From Candidatus Falkowbacteria bacterium (GTDB lineage Bacteria; Patescibacteriota; Patescibacteriia; UBA11705; JACRDX01): DNA of 64,000 nucleotides. The translations under genes were made by a program, and so were the position numbers. The notes beneath the pieces are model-generated. The model ran no database searches, had not been told where the DNA came from, and saw only the letters and a program-made list of their open reading frames with translations. Positions 1 to 9,748 of this stretch are shown here, piece after piece. The stretch lies in the NCBI GenBank assembly GCA_043798985.1, contig JAZDOE010000003.1:7917-71916 (forward strand), in the 5' to 3' direction. Position 1 is the first letter of the stretch. Every line of letters begins with the position of its first letter.

Positions 1-130
1 GGGCTTGATCGCGATCAGATTAGATACGCAGAGCTTGATTGAGCTTTATTATAATGTTTATAATCCTGATATTTCCGCGAACCAGCGAATGACCGGAATT
101 GAGGAGCTAAAAATAGAGAATTAACCTTAA

Positions 131-268
131 AGCACGAAGCATGAATATCGAAATCCGAAACCCTCCATAGGCGGGCAGGCAAGCACGAAGCACGAATTTC
201 CCAATATTGAAACATTCTGATTTCGAATTTGTTTCGAATTTCGGATTTCTAATTTCTAATTTTCCCCT
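131..268. repeat. AT-rich conserved leader module, copy A (core gaatttcccaatattgaaacattctgatttcgaattt)
   Basis: Near-identical modules at 23300-23427 and 27187-27314, each ending immediately 5' of an ATG. Contains the palindrome AATRTTnAAACATT. Confidence 0.7.
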
Positions 269-269
269 T

Positions 270-2129
270 ATGGATATCAGTCAAATGCAACAATTAAAGG
301 ACAAAGCCGTTGCGCAGCAAACGCCAGCGCCAAAAGTTGATTCAACCACTGAACCAAAGTTAACGCCAGGGCAGGAAAAAGAACTTTTGGAGCAAGAAAA
401 AGTTTATCGGCATGGAGTAAGCACGATATTGGATTTGATCGCGCCATCAGCGTTTGAAGTGACGCCGTCGTTTGTCAAAATCGGCGGAAAATATTGCCGC
501 ACATTGTTTGTCATGACTTATCCGCGCTACATCAGCGTTGGCTGGTTCGCGCCGATTATTAATTACAACGCCATGCTGGATATTGGAATGTTTTTTTATC
601 CTTTGGAATCGCGGTTAGTGTTGGAGCAACTGAAAAAGAAAGTTGGCATTTTGCGCGCGCAGCTAACGATGGACGCGGAAAAGGGCGCGCCGCGCGATCC
701 AATGCGCGAGATAGCGTTGCAGGATATTGAAAAATTGCGCGACGACATTACGCAGGGCACGGAAAAGTTTTTTCAATTTTCATTGTATGTCACGTTTTAC
801 GCCAATTCCGAAGCAGCGCTTGATAAATTGACCGAAGACTTGGAAGCTGTTTTTGGATCGCGCGCGGTTTTTACGAAACGCGTGCTTTATCAGGCAGAGC
901 AGGGTTTTAATTCAACAATCCCGATTGGCAATGACGAGCTCATGATTTCTTCCAACTTGAATTCTTCGCCGATCGCGTCTTCTTTTCCGTTTATTTCAGC
1001 TGATTTAACGTCAGACGATGGCGTTCTTTACGGCGTTAATCGGCATAATAATAGTCTGATTATCTTTGATCGTTTTTCTTTGCAAAATGCCAATACCGTC
1101 GTGTTCGCGACTTCTGGCGCTGGTAAAAGCTATGCGATTAAACTTGAAGTTTTGCGGACAATGATGCTTGGCACGGATTTTCTTATTATTGATCCTGAGC
1201 GCGAATATAAAAATTTGTGCGATGCTGTTGGCGGAACTTATGTAAATATTTCGCTGAACTCTGAAACAAAAATAAATCCGTTTGATTTGCCGCGGGCTAT
1301 TGGTGAAGATACCAGCGCGGAGGATATTATTCGCAGCGCTGTCATTACCGTTAAGGGTTTGATTCGCTTGATGGTTGGCGCGATTACTTACGAAGAAGAT
1401 TCTATTTTGGATCAGGCATTACTTGCGACTTATGCGAAAAAAGATATTACGCCTGATGCTGATTTGTCAAAGATTGAGGCGCCATTGATGCAGGATTTTT
1501 ACGAAGTTTTGCAGGGAATGGCTGGTGGCGCGGCTTTGGCGCTACGGCTGAAAAAGTTTGTTGATGGAACATTCTCGGGCTTATTTAATTCGCCGACCAA
1601 TGTTGATGTTGAGAATCAGCTGGTGGCATTCAGCGTACGCGATTTGGAAGATGAGCTGCGACCCTTGGCAATTTATAATGTTGTAAATTACATTTGGAAT
1701 ATCGTGCGATCAAAAATGAAAAAACGTATTTTGGTCATTGATGAGGCGTGGTGGTTGCTGCAGCATGATGATTCCGCGAAATTTATTTTCGCGCTGGTGA
1801 AACGCTGTCGTAAATATTATTTGGGAGTGACAACGATTTCGCAGGATGTGAACGACTTTTTAACTTCTCCTTATGGCAAGGCGATCGTCACAAATTCTTC
1901 TTTGCAGATTTTATTAAAACAGTCGCCAGCCGCGATTGATTTGATACAAAAAACATTCATGCTTACCGAAGGCGAAAAATATTTATTGTTAGAATCTGGC
2001 GTTGGCGAAGGAATATTTTTTGCAGGACAAAAACGCGCGGCAATTCGCATTGTCGCGTCTCCGCAGGAAGATAAATTAATCACTTCTGATCCGCGACAAT
2101 TGCTGGCAATGGAAGAGGAAGAAAAATAA
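270..2129 (+). CDS. VirB4/TrbE-like conjugative transfer (type IV secretion) ATPase
   Basis: Walker A 'ATSGAGKSYAIK' and Walker B 'ILVIDEAWWLL' in a ~620-aa protein with VirB4/TraC-like architecture. The track ORF starts at 207 inside a repeat element; ATG at 270 chosen by analogy with the positions of the two other repeat copies. Confidence 0.7.
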   Translation: MDISQMQQLKDKAVAQQTPAPKVDSTTEPKLTPGQEKELLEQEKVYRHGVSTILDLIAPSAFEVTPSFVKIGGKYCRTLFVMTYPRYISVGWFAPIINYNAMLDIGMFFYPLESRLVLEQLKKKVGILRAQLTMDAEKGAPRDPMREIALQDIEKLRDDITQGTEKFFQFSLYVTFYANSEAALDKLTEDLEAVFGSRAVFTKRVLYQAEQGFNSTIPIGNDELMISSNLNSSPIASSFPFISADLTSDDGVLYGVNRHNNSLIIFDRFSLQNANTVVFATSGAGKSYAIKLEVLRTMMLGTDFLIIDPEREYKNLCDAVGGTYVNISLNSETKINPFDLPRAIGEDTSAEDIIRSAVITVKGLIRLMVGAITYEEDSILDQALLATYAKKDITPDADLSKIEAPLMQDFYEVLQGMAGGAALALRLKKFVDGTFSGLFNSPTNVDVENQLVAFSVRDLEDELRPLAIYNVVNYIWNIVRSKMKKRILVIDEAWWLLQHDDSAKFIFALVKRCRKYYLGVTTISQDVNDFLTSPYGKAIVTNSSLQILLKQSPAAIDLIQKTFMLTEGEKYLLLESGVGEGIFFAGQKRAAIRIVASPQEDKLITSDPRQLLAMEEEEK

Positions 2130-2130
2130 T

Positions 2131-2724
2131 ATGGAAAAAAAACAAAAAATTATCATTCTGCTCGTTGGTATTGTTGTGTTCGCGTTGATTATTGGTTGGA
2201 TTGTTTGGGATGTTTGGGGAAATAAAAATGAGATTTCAGCGCCAGCCGCGCAAGTAAAAGAAGCTGTGCTATTAACAACGCCATCCACGCAAACAACAAC
2301 GCCCGCGCAAGTTGTTATCGCGGATAAACAAGAGCAACAATCAATGCAAGCGCAGGTTTTGGCAAAAGTTTTCGCTGAAAAATTCGGCACTTTTTCCAAT
2401 CATGAAAATTATGCCAGTTTGGAAAAGTTGAAAAACATGATGACCACCAGTACGGCAAAGTGGTTTAATGATTATATTACTGATTTGAAGAAAAAATATG
2501 GCAATGAATTTGCGACATACTATGGCGTGACAACTACTGCTGTGAATGCTAATGTGCTTGAAGCGAGTGAAACCAAAATGATATTGCTTGTTGATTGTCA
2601 ACGCAAAGAATCAATGGGAATCGCGCCAATCATTGAGTATAATCAAAGTTTAAAATTGAACTTGGTAAAAATAAACAATGAATGGAAAATTGACGGCGTT
2701 TTTTGGCAAAATAAAGAAGCTTAG
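2131..2724 (+). CDS. hypothetical membrane protein (N-terminal TM), translationally coupled to the VirB4-like gene
   Basis: ORF; hydrophobic N-terminus 'IIILLVGIVVFALIIGWIVW'; start 1 nt after the VirB4-like gene stop. Confidence 0.4.
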   Translation: MEKKQKIIILLVGIVVFALIIGWIVWDVWGNKNEISAPAAQVKEAVLLTTPSTQTTTPAQVVIADKQEQQSMQAQVLAKVFAEKFGTFSNHENYASLEKLKNMMTTSTAKWFNDYITDLKKKYGNEFATYYGVTTTAVNANVLEASETKMILLVDCQRKESMGIAPIIEYNQSLKLNLVKINNEWKIDGVFWQNKEA

Positions 2725-3409
2725 CCTGAAAATCTGGGCGAGTTTGTTTCCCAAAGAATGTTTGGGTTGTGGCAAAGAAGATGTTTATTGTTGCGACCAG
2801 TGTGTAAGTAAAATGAAGATGAGCGCGCTAAATATTTGTTTTTTGTGTAATAAAAAGGCTACTGGGCTTGGAATATGTGAAGGTTGCGCTGAAATTTCAG
2901 GCGTGGACGCACTCATTGTTGCCACGAATTATAAAGACACATTGGCGGAAAAATTGATAAAGCATTTGAAATACGATTTTGTCGTGGAGTTGGTTCAACC
3001 GCTGGTCAGTTTGTTGAAACAAAAAATAGAGACAATGGAGGCGCGCCAGTTTTTTAGCGGAGCATTGTTAATTCCTGTTCCATTGCATCGTCGCCGTTTT
3101 TTATCACGAGGGTTTAATCAGTCGGAGATTATCGCGAAAGAATTGGTCAGCGCGTATGGCTGTGAGTTAAAAACAGACGTAGTAAAAAGAACAAAAGCAA
3201 CGAAAAAGCAATTTGGATTGTCGCGGGAAGCGAGGCAAAAAAATATTCAGGGAGCGTTTACCATTGTAAAACCAGAGTTGGTTAAAGGAAGAAAAATAAT
3301 TATAATTGATGATGTGCTGACAACAGGAGCCACGCTAAGCGAGCTGGCAAAAATTTTGAAAAAATGCGGGGCAATAAAAGTCGTTGGCGCGGCAATCGCG
3401 CATGAATAG
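2678..3409 (+). CDS. comFC: ComF-family phosphoribosyltransferase (competence protein ComFC-like)
   Basis: N-terminal CxxC...CxxC zinc finger plus C-terminal PRTase motif 'IIIIDDVLTTGATL'. Confidence 0.65.
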   Translation: MNGKLTAFFGKIKKLSLKIWASLFPKECLGCGKEDVYCCDQCVSKMKMSALNICFLCNKKATGLGICEGCAEISGVDALIVATNYKDTLAEKLIKHLKYDFVVELVQPLVSLLKQKIETMEARQFFSGALLIPVPLHRRRFLSRGFNQSEIIAKELVSAYGCELKTDVVKRTKATKKQFGLSREARQKNIQGAFTIVKPELVKGRKIIIIDDVLTTGATLSELAKILKKCGAIKVVGAAIAHE

Positions 3410-3424
3410 TTTAATTTTTAGAAT

Positions 3425-4483
3425 ATGAAAATACTGTTTGCGGGAGGAGGCACGATGGGGTCAGTAAGCCCGTTGCTGGCAGTATCGGAAAAATTAAAAA
3501 AAGAATTTCCTGATTGCGAAATGCTGTGGCTTGGCACGAAACATGGTCCGGAAAAAATGGTTGTGGAAAAAATCGGCATTATTTTCCGTCCGATTTGTTC
3601 AGGAAAGCTACGCAGATATTTTAGCTTGCTCAATTTCGTTGATCCATTTAAAATTTTTGTTGGTTTTTGCCAGTCAATCGGCGCGATTATAAAATTTAAA
3701 CCGGATATTATTTTAACCGCTGGCAGTTTTGTTGCCGTGCCAGTAGTTTGGGCCGGTTGGTTGTTGCGAAAAAAAATAATCGCGCATCAGCAGGATATTT
3801 TGGTGGGGCTGGCCAATAAATTGATTTTTCCGGCGGCAGCGCGCGTGACGGTAAGTTTTGAGGATTTGTTAAAAGTTTGCCCAATGGATAAAGGTATTTT
3901 TACTGGAAATCCAGTTCGTTCGTTTTTATCAAAGGCAAACAAGGATAAAGCAATTGAAACATTTAAATTGGAAAAAGGCGCGCCAGTTCTGTTAATTTTA
4001 GGCGGCGGAACTGGCGCGCGATCAATAAATGATTTTTTTGTAAAAATCAGCGACAGATTAACCGAGTTTTGCCAGATAATTCATGTTTGCGGAGTTGGAA
4101 AATTGGTTGAAGCTGAAAAAAATAATCGTTATCATCCAGTAGAATTTTTAACTGACGGATTGGCAGACGCTTATGCTGCGGCAGATTTGGTGATTACTCG
4201 CGCAGGACTTTCAACTTTGACAGAGCTGGCCTATTTGGCAAAGCCGACAATTATTGTCCCAATTCCTGATGGTCATCAGGAAAATAACGCGGCTTATTTT
4301 TCAAAATTGAACGCGGCGATTTATTGGAAACAAAAGGAGCTGGATGAAAATAAAGCGCTCGCGCAAGTTAAAAGTTTGTTAAACAACAGAGAAGAATTAG
4401 GACGATTATCAAATAATATAAAAGGTTTTGCCGTGGCTGACGCCGCGGATAGGTTTGTTAATGTTGTGAAAGATTTATTGTAA
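3425..4483 (+). CDS. murG: UDP-N-acetylglucosamine--N-acetylmuramyl-(pentapeptide) pyrophosphoryl-undecaprenol GlcNAc transferase
   Basis: 'MKILFAGGGTMGSVSPLLAV' N-terminus, GT28 architecture, 352 aa. Confidence 0.85.
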   Translation: MKILFAGGGTMGSVSPLLAVSEKLKKEFPDCEMLWLGTKHGPEKMVVEKIGIIFRPICSGKLRRYFSLLNFVDPFKIFVGFCQSIGAIIKFKPDIILTAGSFVAVPVVWAGWLLRKKIIAHQQDILVGLANKLIFPAAARVTVSFEDLLKVCPMDKGIFTGNPVRSFLSKANKDKAIETFKLEKGAPVLLILGGGTGARSINDFFVKISDRLTEFCQIIHVCGVGKLVEAEKNNRYHPVEFLTDGLADAYAAADLVITRAGLSTLTELAYLAKPTIIVPIPDGHQENNAAYFSKLNAAIYWKQKELDENKALAQVKSLLNNREELGRLSNNIKGFAVADAADRFVNVVKDLL

Positions 4484-4499
4484 AAATATTTATCGCGAT

Positions 4500-5168
4500 A
4501 TGCGCTTGCTGGACAAAATAAAATTGAGCGAAGGCGAAAAAGTTTTGCATGTCGTGAAACATTGGTTTGGGCTTTTGTTGCCGCATTTTGTTTTTTGTTT
4601 TTTGATAATTATTTTTGATTTTTTCCTGATGTATTATTTATTTTTGCAGGGATTGTGGGGCGTGATCGCGTTTGCCGCGATTTTGATAATCGCGATTGCG
4701 TACACAGGCAGACTGATTTTTTTGTGGAAACGCAACATAATGGTTTTGACGAACAAACGAATCATTGATTGGGAACAGCTTGGATTTTTTGAACAAACGA
4801 TTCAGGAATTATCATACGCGGACATTGAAAATGTTGAGGCTGGTCACAAAGGTTTGCTTGGAAAAATGTTCAAATTCGGAAATTTATCTTTTAAAATTAA
4901 AAATGAAGAATATCCGTTTGTTTTGTATAAGGTGAAATTTCCAGTGCGCGCCGCAGAAGCGGCGCGAAGACTTATGTCAGCGCCAACTGTCATCCTGAGC
5001 TTGTCGAAGGAGACAGTTCCAGCGGGGAAACCAGATTCGGTTGATTCGTTGTTGGAGCAAGCTAAGAAAATGTCATTGTCAGACAAAAAGAATTTTTATA
5101 AAGAGTTTAAAAAAATATTGCGGGCTGATTTGGAGGTGGCTATAAACAAACGCGTGGATGAAAGTTAA
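4500..5168 (+). CDS. hypothetical membrane protein (two N-terminal TM helices; possible bacterial PH-like domain)
   Basis: ORF, hydrophobic segments; no confident family assignment. Confidence 0.3.
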   Translation: MRLLDKIKLSEGEKVLHVVKHWFGLLLPHFVFCFLIIIFDFFLMYYLFLQGLWGVIAFAAILIIAIAYTGRLIFLWKRNIMVLTNKRIIDWEQLGFFEQTIQELSYADIENVEAGHKGLLGKMFKFGNLSFKIKNEEYPFVLYKVKFPVRAAEAARRLMSAPTVILSLSKETVPAGKPDSVDSLLEQAKKMSLSDKKNFYKEFKKILRADLEVAINKRVDES

Positions 5169-5186
5169 GCGCATTGTTATGATGTT

Positions 5187-5597
5187 ATGACAAAAAGATT
5201 GTCAAAACGCAACGCAATATTTTTAAAATGGCAGTTTTTTGTTTTGTTGGCCGTTATTGTTTTGTTGCTGATCGCGTGTGCTAGACAATTTTTCAATTAT
5301 CAAGATTTGTTGACGCGCGTTTCTGACGCAAAAAATGAAATTTCAAAATTGGAAATGAATAAAATTGCGCTCGCCGTAAAAATAGAACAATACGCGAGCG
5401 CGGAATTTTTGGAAGCAGAGGCGCGAAATAAACTGAATTTGAAAAAAAAGGGAGAAACTGTGGTTGTGATAAAAAACATTCCGGGCGCGGTGTTGCCAAT
5501 AGACACTGTTGGCGCGGATGATGAAACGGGCGACAAGGTCGCTGAAAAACAGAAAACTAATTTGGCGCTTTGGTGGAAATATTTTTTTGATAATTAA
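5187..5597 (+). CDS. FtsB/DivIC-like septum formation initiator (TM plus coiled coil)
   Basis: Single TM then coiled-coil 'EISKLEMNKIALAVKIEQYAS', size 136 aa; division-gene neighbourhood (murG, ftsEX). Confidence 0.4.
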   Translation: MTKRLSKRNAIFLKWQFFVLLAVIVLLLIACARQFFNYQDLLTRVSDAKNEISKLEMNKIALAVKIEQYASAEFLEAEARNKLNLKKKGETVVVIKNIPGAVLPIDTVGADDETGDKVAEKQKTNLALWWKYFFDN

Positions 5598-5608
5598 TTA
5601 TTATTTAT

Positions 5609-6595
5609 ATGATTAAAGAATTACCTAAAAAGGCGTTGGCAGTGTTGAAAAAAGTTTGGGCAGTACTGACAAAGGTATGGCACAAACGTAGAAAAAATAA
5701 ATTTTTAATTTTAGTGATTGTTTGCGTTTTGGTTTTGTTGATTTGTTTTATTGGTTTTACCAGCGCCGCGGCGTATAAATTTAAATGGGATAATGGATTC
5801 ACGCGCTTTGCGACGCGCGTTGTTCCTTTGCCTGTCGCGATCGTGAACGGCGGTCTTATTCCTTATTACGCTTGGGCAGACGAGGTGAGCGCGTTGAAAT
5901 CTTTGCGCGCGTTGACCGATCCGAATTCAGCATTAGACGCCGCGGCATTAAAGGAAATTGGAGACAATGCAATGACAAATTTGATACAAAAGAAGTTGCT
6001 TAAACAAGCTGCTAAAGAATATAAAGTTAAGGTTGCAAAAATTGATCTGGATAAAGTTTATAATCAGTACGTTGAAAAATTTACAGGCGAGGATAAATTA
6101 AAAGAAGAAGTTAAAAAAGCATTTGGCTGGGATATGGATGAGTTTATGGATAGGTTAATTTATTACAACGCGTTGAATATGAAGCTTAGTGAATCACTTG
6201 CGGATAATGAGACTAATTGGAAGGAAATAAAAACCAAAGCTGATTATGTTTTGTCATTGGTTCAAAAGGGAGATGAAAGTTTTGAGAATTTGGCAAAAGA
6301 ATTCAGCGATGACACTGGGTCAGCTGTAAATGGCGGTGATTTGGGATTTTTTCAAAAAGGCGCAATGGTAAAAGAATTTGAAACAGCGGCATTCGCGCTG
6401 GATGTTGGAAAAATAAGTGATTTGGTTAAAACAAAATACGGCTATCATATAATTAAAGTTGAAGAAAAAAAGAAAAATGATAAAGGAGAGGTGACGGACG
6501 TGCAAGCGCGGCATATTTTAATAAAGTTGAAAGATGTTTCTGAAATTTTGTCAGCGGCTGAAAATAGCGCGAACATTGTTAAATTGTTGAAATAA
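5609..6595 (+). CDS. parvulin-type peptidyl-prolyl cis-trans isomerase (SurA/PrsA-like)
   Basis: PpiC domain motif 'GGDLGFFQKGAMVKEFETAAFALDVGKISDLVKTKYGYHIIKV'; N-terminal TM. Confidence 0.7.
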   Translation: MIKELPKKALAVLKKVWAVLTKVWHKRRKNKFLILVIVCVLVLLICFIGFTSAAAYKFKWDNGFTRFATRVVPLPVAIVNGGLIPYYAWADEVSALKSLRALTDPNSALDAAALKEIGDNAMTNLIQKKLLKQAAKEYKVKVAKIDLDKVYNQYVEKFTGEDKLKEEVKKAFGWDMDEFMDRLIYYNALNMKLSESLADNETNWKEIKTKADYVLSLVQKGDESFENLAKEFSDDTGSAVNGGDLGFFQKGAMVKEFETAAFALDVGKISDLVKTKYGYHIIKVEEKKKNDKGEVTDVQARHILIKLKDVSEILSAAENSANIVKLLK

Positions 6596-6615
6596 AAAAG
6601 TTCTATAATCACCAA

Positions 6616-6687
6616 AGCCGCCTCTCGGACTTGAACCGAGGACCCACGGTTTACGATACCGTTGCTCTACCACTGAGCTAAGGCGGC
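6616..6687 (-). tRNA. tRNA-Thr (anticodon CGU)
   Basis: Reverse complement GCCGCCTTAGCTCAGTGGTAGAGCAACGGTATCGTAAACCGTGGGTCCTCGGTTCAAGTCCGAGAGGCGGCT folds as a cloverleaf; anticodon loop ATCGTAA. Confidence 0.8.
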
Positions 6688-6736
6688 GCGAGCAATTACA
6701 GAACAGGATTATCATATAAAAAATTACGCAAAGAAT

Positions 6737-6840
6737 CAAGGGTACACCACCACACCAATTACGGGTGAAAATAGGTGGATGGATAGACAAGCATTGCCGC
6801 GGAGCGTATTGTGAAATGCCGCACTCGTAATTGGTGTGGT
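6737..6840 (+). promoter_or_regulatory. long-stem structured 5' leader sequestering the RBS of the RlpA-like gene
   Basis: 17-19 bp perfect stem caccaccacaccaattacg...cgtaattggtgtggtgg ending 8 nt before the ATG at 6849; the 3' arm contains the GGTGG Shine-Dalgarno. Confidence 0.35.
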
Positions 6841-6848
6841 GGTAAATT

Positions 6849-7598
6849 ATGAAAAAACTTTTGATATTTGGTCTGATGATAAGAATTGTTTTTTTGCCTT
6901 TTTGTGTTGCGAGTGCGCAAATTATTGGCGAAGATACAGAAACAATGCACTTTGACAAAGCGTCTCTTGAAAAAGGGCTGCATTGGTTTTCGCGCGATAA
7001 AGCATTGATGCTGGTTATTTCGCCAAAATTGTTTAACATTGAAGTTAATTTAACTGTGAATACTTACAAAATTGACGGGTTGGCGTTTCCAAAAGGCTGG
7101 CAAGCTGTTTCAAAAATTTATGAATTTTCATTTTCATCTGCCGCGCAACTCAATTATCAACATCAAACAATAATGCAAATATTTGCCAATTCGGATATAA
7201 TGGATTTGAAAAAGATTTTCAAATGGAATGAGACGGTCGGGCAGTGGGAGCAGATAGATTCGTCCAGCCGCGATTTGAAATCCGCGCGCGCGAAGATTGC
7301 CCTATCTGGCGGTAAATATGTCATGTTGAAAAATGATAAAATCATGGAATTTGGCGCTGCCAGCTGGTACAAGTATAAAAATTGCGATTGCGCGGCTTCG
7401 CCAGATTATCCAAAAGGAACAAAGTTGAAAGTGACAAATTTGGAAAACGGAAAATCTGTAATTGTTAAAATAAATGATTGGGGACCAGAGAGAGATAAAC
7501 ATCCGGACAGAGTAATTGATTTGGATAAAACGGCATTTAAAAAATTGGGTTATTTGAGTCGTGGCATACTAAAAATGGTAAAAGTGGAAAAAATATGA
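6849..7598 (+). CDS. RlpA-like double-psi beta-barrel (DPBB) cell-wall protein, secreted
   Basis: Signal peptide; C-terminal 'GAASWYKYKNCDCAASPDYPKGTKLKVTNLENGKSVIVKINDWGPERDKHPDRVIDLDKTAFKKLG' typical of the RlpA DPBB domain. Confidence 0.7.
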   Translation: MKKLLIFGLMIRIVFLPFCVASAQIIGEDTETMHFDKASLEKGLHWFSRDKALMLVISPKLFNIEVNLTVNTYKIDGLAFPKGWQAVSKIYEFSFSSAAQLNYQHQTIMQIFANSDIMDLKKIFKWNETVGQWEQIDSSSRDLKSARAKIALSGGKYVMLKNDKIMEFGAASWYKYKNCDCAASPDYPKGTKLKVTNLENGKSVIVKINDWGPERDKHPDRVIDLDKTAFKKLGYLSRGILKMVKVEKI

Positions 7599-8275
7599 TT
7601 CGTTTCCGCAATGTGACGAAGCATTATGATCCGAACGTTTACGCGTTGAGGGATTTTAGTTTGCATATAAAACCGCAGGATTTTGTGAGTATCGTCGGAA
7701 AGAGTGGCGCTGGCAAGACAACTTTGATTAAATTGCTGACAGCCGAGGAGCGGCCAACCAAAGGAAAAATTATTGTGGGCGGCTGGGATATTACTGATAT
7801 CAATCACCGCGAAATTCCATTTTTGCGGCGACAAATTGGCGTTATTTTTCAGAATTTCAGGCTTTTGCCAAATCGCACGGCATTTGAGAATATCGCGTTT
7901 GCTCTGCAGGTTTGCGGCGCTGCGCCGCAGAAGGTCGCGAAAATTGTTCCGCAAATTTTAAAAATCGTTGGACTTGGTCATAAACAAAATTTTTATCCAC
8001 ACCAACTTTCAGGCGGTGAGCAACAGCGCGTTGGTATAGCGCGCGCGTTAATACATCGCCCGAAAATTTTGTTGGCAGACGAGCCGACCGGCAATCTGGA
8101 TGCTATCAATGAGCAGGAAATTATTAATTTGTTGAAAAAAATAAATGAACTCGGAACAACTGTAATTTTGGTGACGCATAATAAAGGAATTGTTAATTCT
8201 TTACGCAAACGAGTAATTACAATGGATTCTGGCGAATTGATCAATGATCAGCATCATGGGAAATACATCATATAA
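7595..8275 (+). CDS. ftsE: cell division ATP-binding protein FtsE
   Basis: ABC ATPase: Walker A 'GKSGAGKTT', signature 'LSGGEQQRV', Walker B 'ILLADEPT'; followed by ftsX. Confidence 0.9.
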   Translation: MIRFRNVTKHYDPNVYALRDFSLHIKPQDFVSIVGKSGAGKTTLIKLLTAEERPTKGKIIVGGWDITDINHREIPFLRRQIGVIFQNFRLLPNRTAFENIAFALQVCGAAPQKVAKIVPQILKIVGLGHKQNFYPHQLSGGEQQRVGIARALIHRPKILLADEPTGNLDAINEQEIINLLKKINELGTTVILVTHNKGIVNSLRKRVITMDSGELINDQHHGKYII

Positions 8276-8306
8276 ATTTTCAGTTTTCAATTTTTAATTT
8301 TCAAGT

Positions 8307-9218
8307 ATGGTAGTTTCGTTTTTGAGAATAATTAAATTCGCGTGGCAGGATTTTTGCCGCAACTTTTGGCTTTCTGCGGTTGTTATCATTGTGTTGATTT
8401 TGGCGTTAAGTTCTGTGAACGCGCTTGTTGGTTTGAATGTTCTTAATAGTGAGATGCTGAAGATTTTGCAGAATAAAATTAATGTCAATGTTTTTTTGAG
8501 TGAAAAAATATCAGCCGCGCAATTGGCAAATTTTCAAAACTATTTACATGGAATGAAGGAAATTGACAAGGTTGTCTATGTGTCTCCTGAACAGGGTTTG
8601 TCGCAGTTTAAGGCAAAACATAAAAATGATCAGGCAATGATTGACGCGCTTGGCGAGCTGGATCAAAATCCGCTTTTGCCAACATTGGTGCTTTACGCCA
8701 ACGACACAAAAGCTTTTGGCAATATTTTAGCGCAGATTGATTCTTCTGATTACGCGCACTTGGTTGTAGATAAAAATTTTGACGATCATGAAGATGCTAT
8801 AAATAAAATAAACAGTTTTAGTGAAAAAGCGCGCGTCGTAGGTTTGGTTTTGGTCGCGTTTTTCGCGTTAGTTTCAATTTTGTTGATATTTAATGCCATA
8901 AGGATAATCATTTACACGCATCGCGAGGAAATTGGAATCATGCGTTTGGTTGGCGCGACAAATAGTTTTATCCGGCTGCCGTTTATTGTTGAGAGCATTT
9001 TTTACGGGTTGTTTGCTGTCGCGCTGACGACAGCATTGTGTTATGGCGTTTGCTGGCTGGCATTGCCATACGTGAACGCGTTTTTCGGTAGTTCAATTGA
9101 TTTGTTTGCTTATTTGAATACGCATCTTTGGAAAATGCTGGGCATAGAAGTTGCGGGCGTAATTTTGTTGAATGTCGTGAGTAGCGGTTTGGCTGTGGCG
9201 AGGTATTTGAAAGTTTAA
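8307..9218 (+). CDS. ftsX: cell division permease FtsX
   Basis: 303 aa, N-terminal TM, large periplasmic loop, three C-terminal TM helices; directly after ftsE. Confidence 0.8.
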   Translation: MVVSFLRIIKFAWQDFCRNFWLSAVVIIVLILALSSVNALVGLNVLNSEMLKILQNKINVNVFLSEKISAAQLANFQNYLHGMKEIDKVVYVSPEQGLSQFKAKHKNDQAMIDALGELDQNPLLPTLVLYANDTKAFGNILAQIDSSDYAHLVVDKNFDDHEDAINKINSFSEKARVVGLVLVAFFALVSILLIFNAIRIIIYTHREEIGIMRLVGATNSFIRLPFIVESIFYGLFAVALTTALCYGVCWLALPYVNAFFGSSIDLFAYLNTHLWKMLGIEVAGVILLNVVSSGLAVARYLKV

Positions 9219-9271
9219 AAAGGTAAATATTGAAAAATGGAATTAGTAATGATAAACTGTGGTTACAAAAT

Positions 9272-9358
9272 GGAGAGGTGGCTGAGTGGCCTAAAGCAAC
9301 ACCGTGCTAAGGTGTAGTCTGGGAAACTGGACCGAGGGTTCGACTCCCTCCCTCTCCG
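9272..9358 (+). tRNA. tRNA-Ser (anticodon GCU), long variable arm
   Basis: GGAGAGGTGGCTGAGTGGCCTAAAGCAACACCGTGCTAAGGTGTAG...GAGGGTTCGACTCCCTCCCTCTCCG; anticodon loop GTGCTAA. Confidence 0.85.
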
Positions 9359-9452
9359 GTTTGATTTAAAATAGCTAAAATTACGGCTATTTTTTGTTTT
9401 GTCGGCAGGATTCATTTTTGCTATAATAAAAATAGACAATTAACTTCAACAT

Positions 9453-9719
9453 ATGAAAAAAATGTGTAAAAACTCGGTCGGATTGACGCTCGGTTTATTC
9501 GTAGCGTTAATTCATCTCTTTTGGGCAATCCTTGTTGCAGCGAACATTGCCAAGCCATTAGTGGATTGGAGTTTATCAATGCACATGCTACAGCTTGATT
9601 ATTCAATTCTCGTGTTTGATTTTGGCAAATCAGCAATGCTGATCGTAATGACGTTTGTGTGCGGCTATGTGTGCGGATGGGTTTTTTCCGCGATTTGGAA
9701 TTTATTTAGAAAAGATTAG
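9453..9719 (+). CDS. small hypothetical membrane protein
   Basis: ORF with two hydrophobic segments. Confidence 0.3.
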   Translation: MKKMCKNSVGLTLGLFVALIHLFWAILVAANIAKPLVDWSLSMHMLQLDYSILVFDFGKSAMLIVMTFVCGYVCGWVFSAIWNLFRKD

Positions 9720-9748
9720 TTTGCGAATTAGATTGGTAATTAAAAATT

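Noticed and set aside
207-269. Upstream extension of the VirB4-like ORF (track start 207)
   Set aside because: These codons are the conserved leader repeat. The two other copies of the repeat end just before the ATG of their genes, so the ATG at 270 is the likelier start.
6551-7039. 162-aa and 74-aa minus-strand ORFs overlapping tRNA-Thr and the RlpA leader
   Set aside because: They read through a tRNA gene and a structured leader, and the sequence (…VVEQRYRKPWVLGSSPRGG…) is the typical tRNA-antisense artefact.
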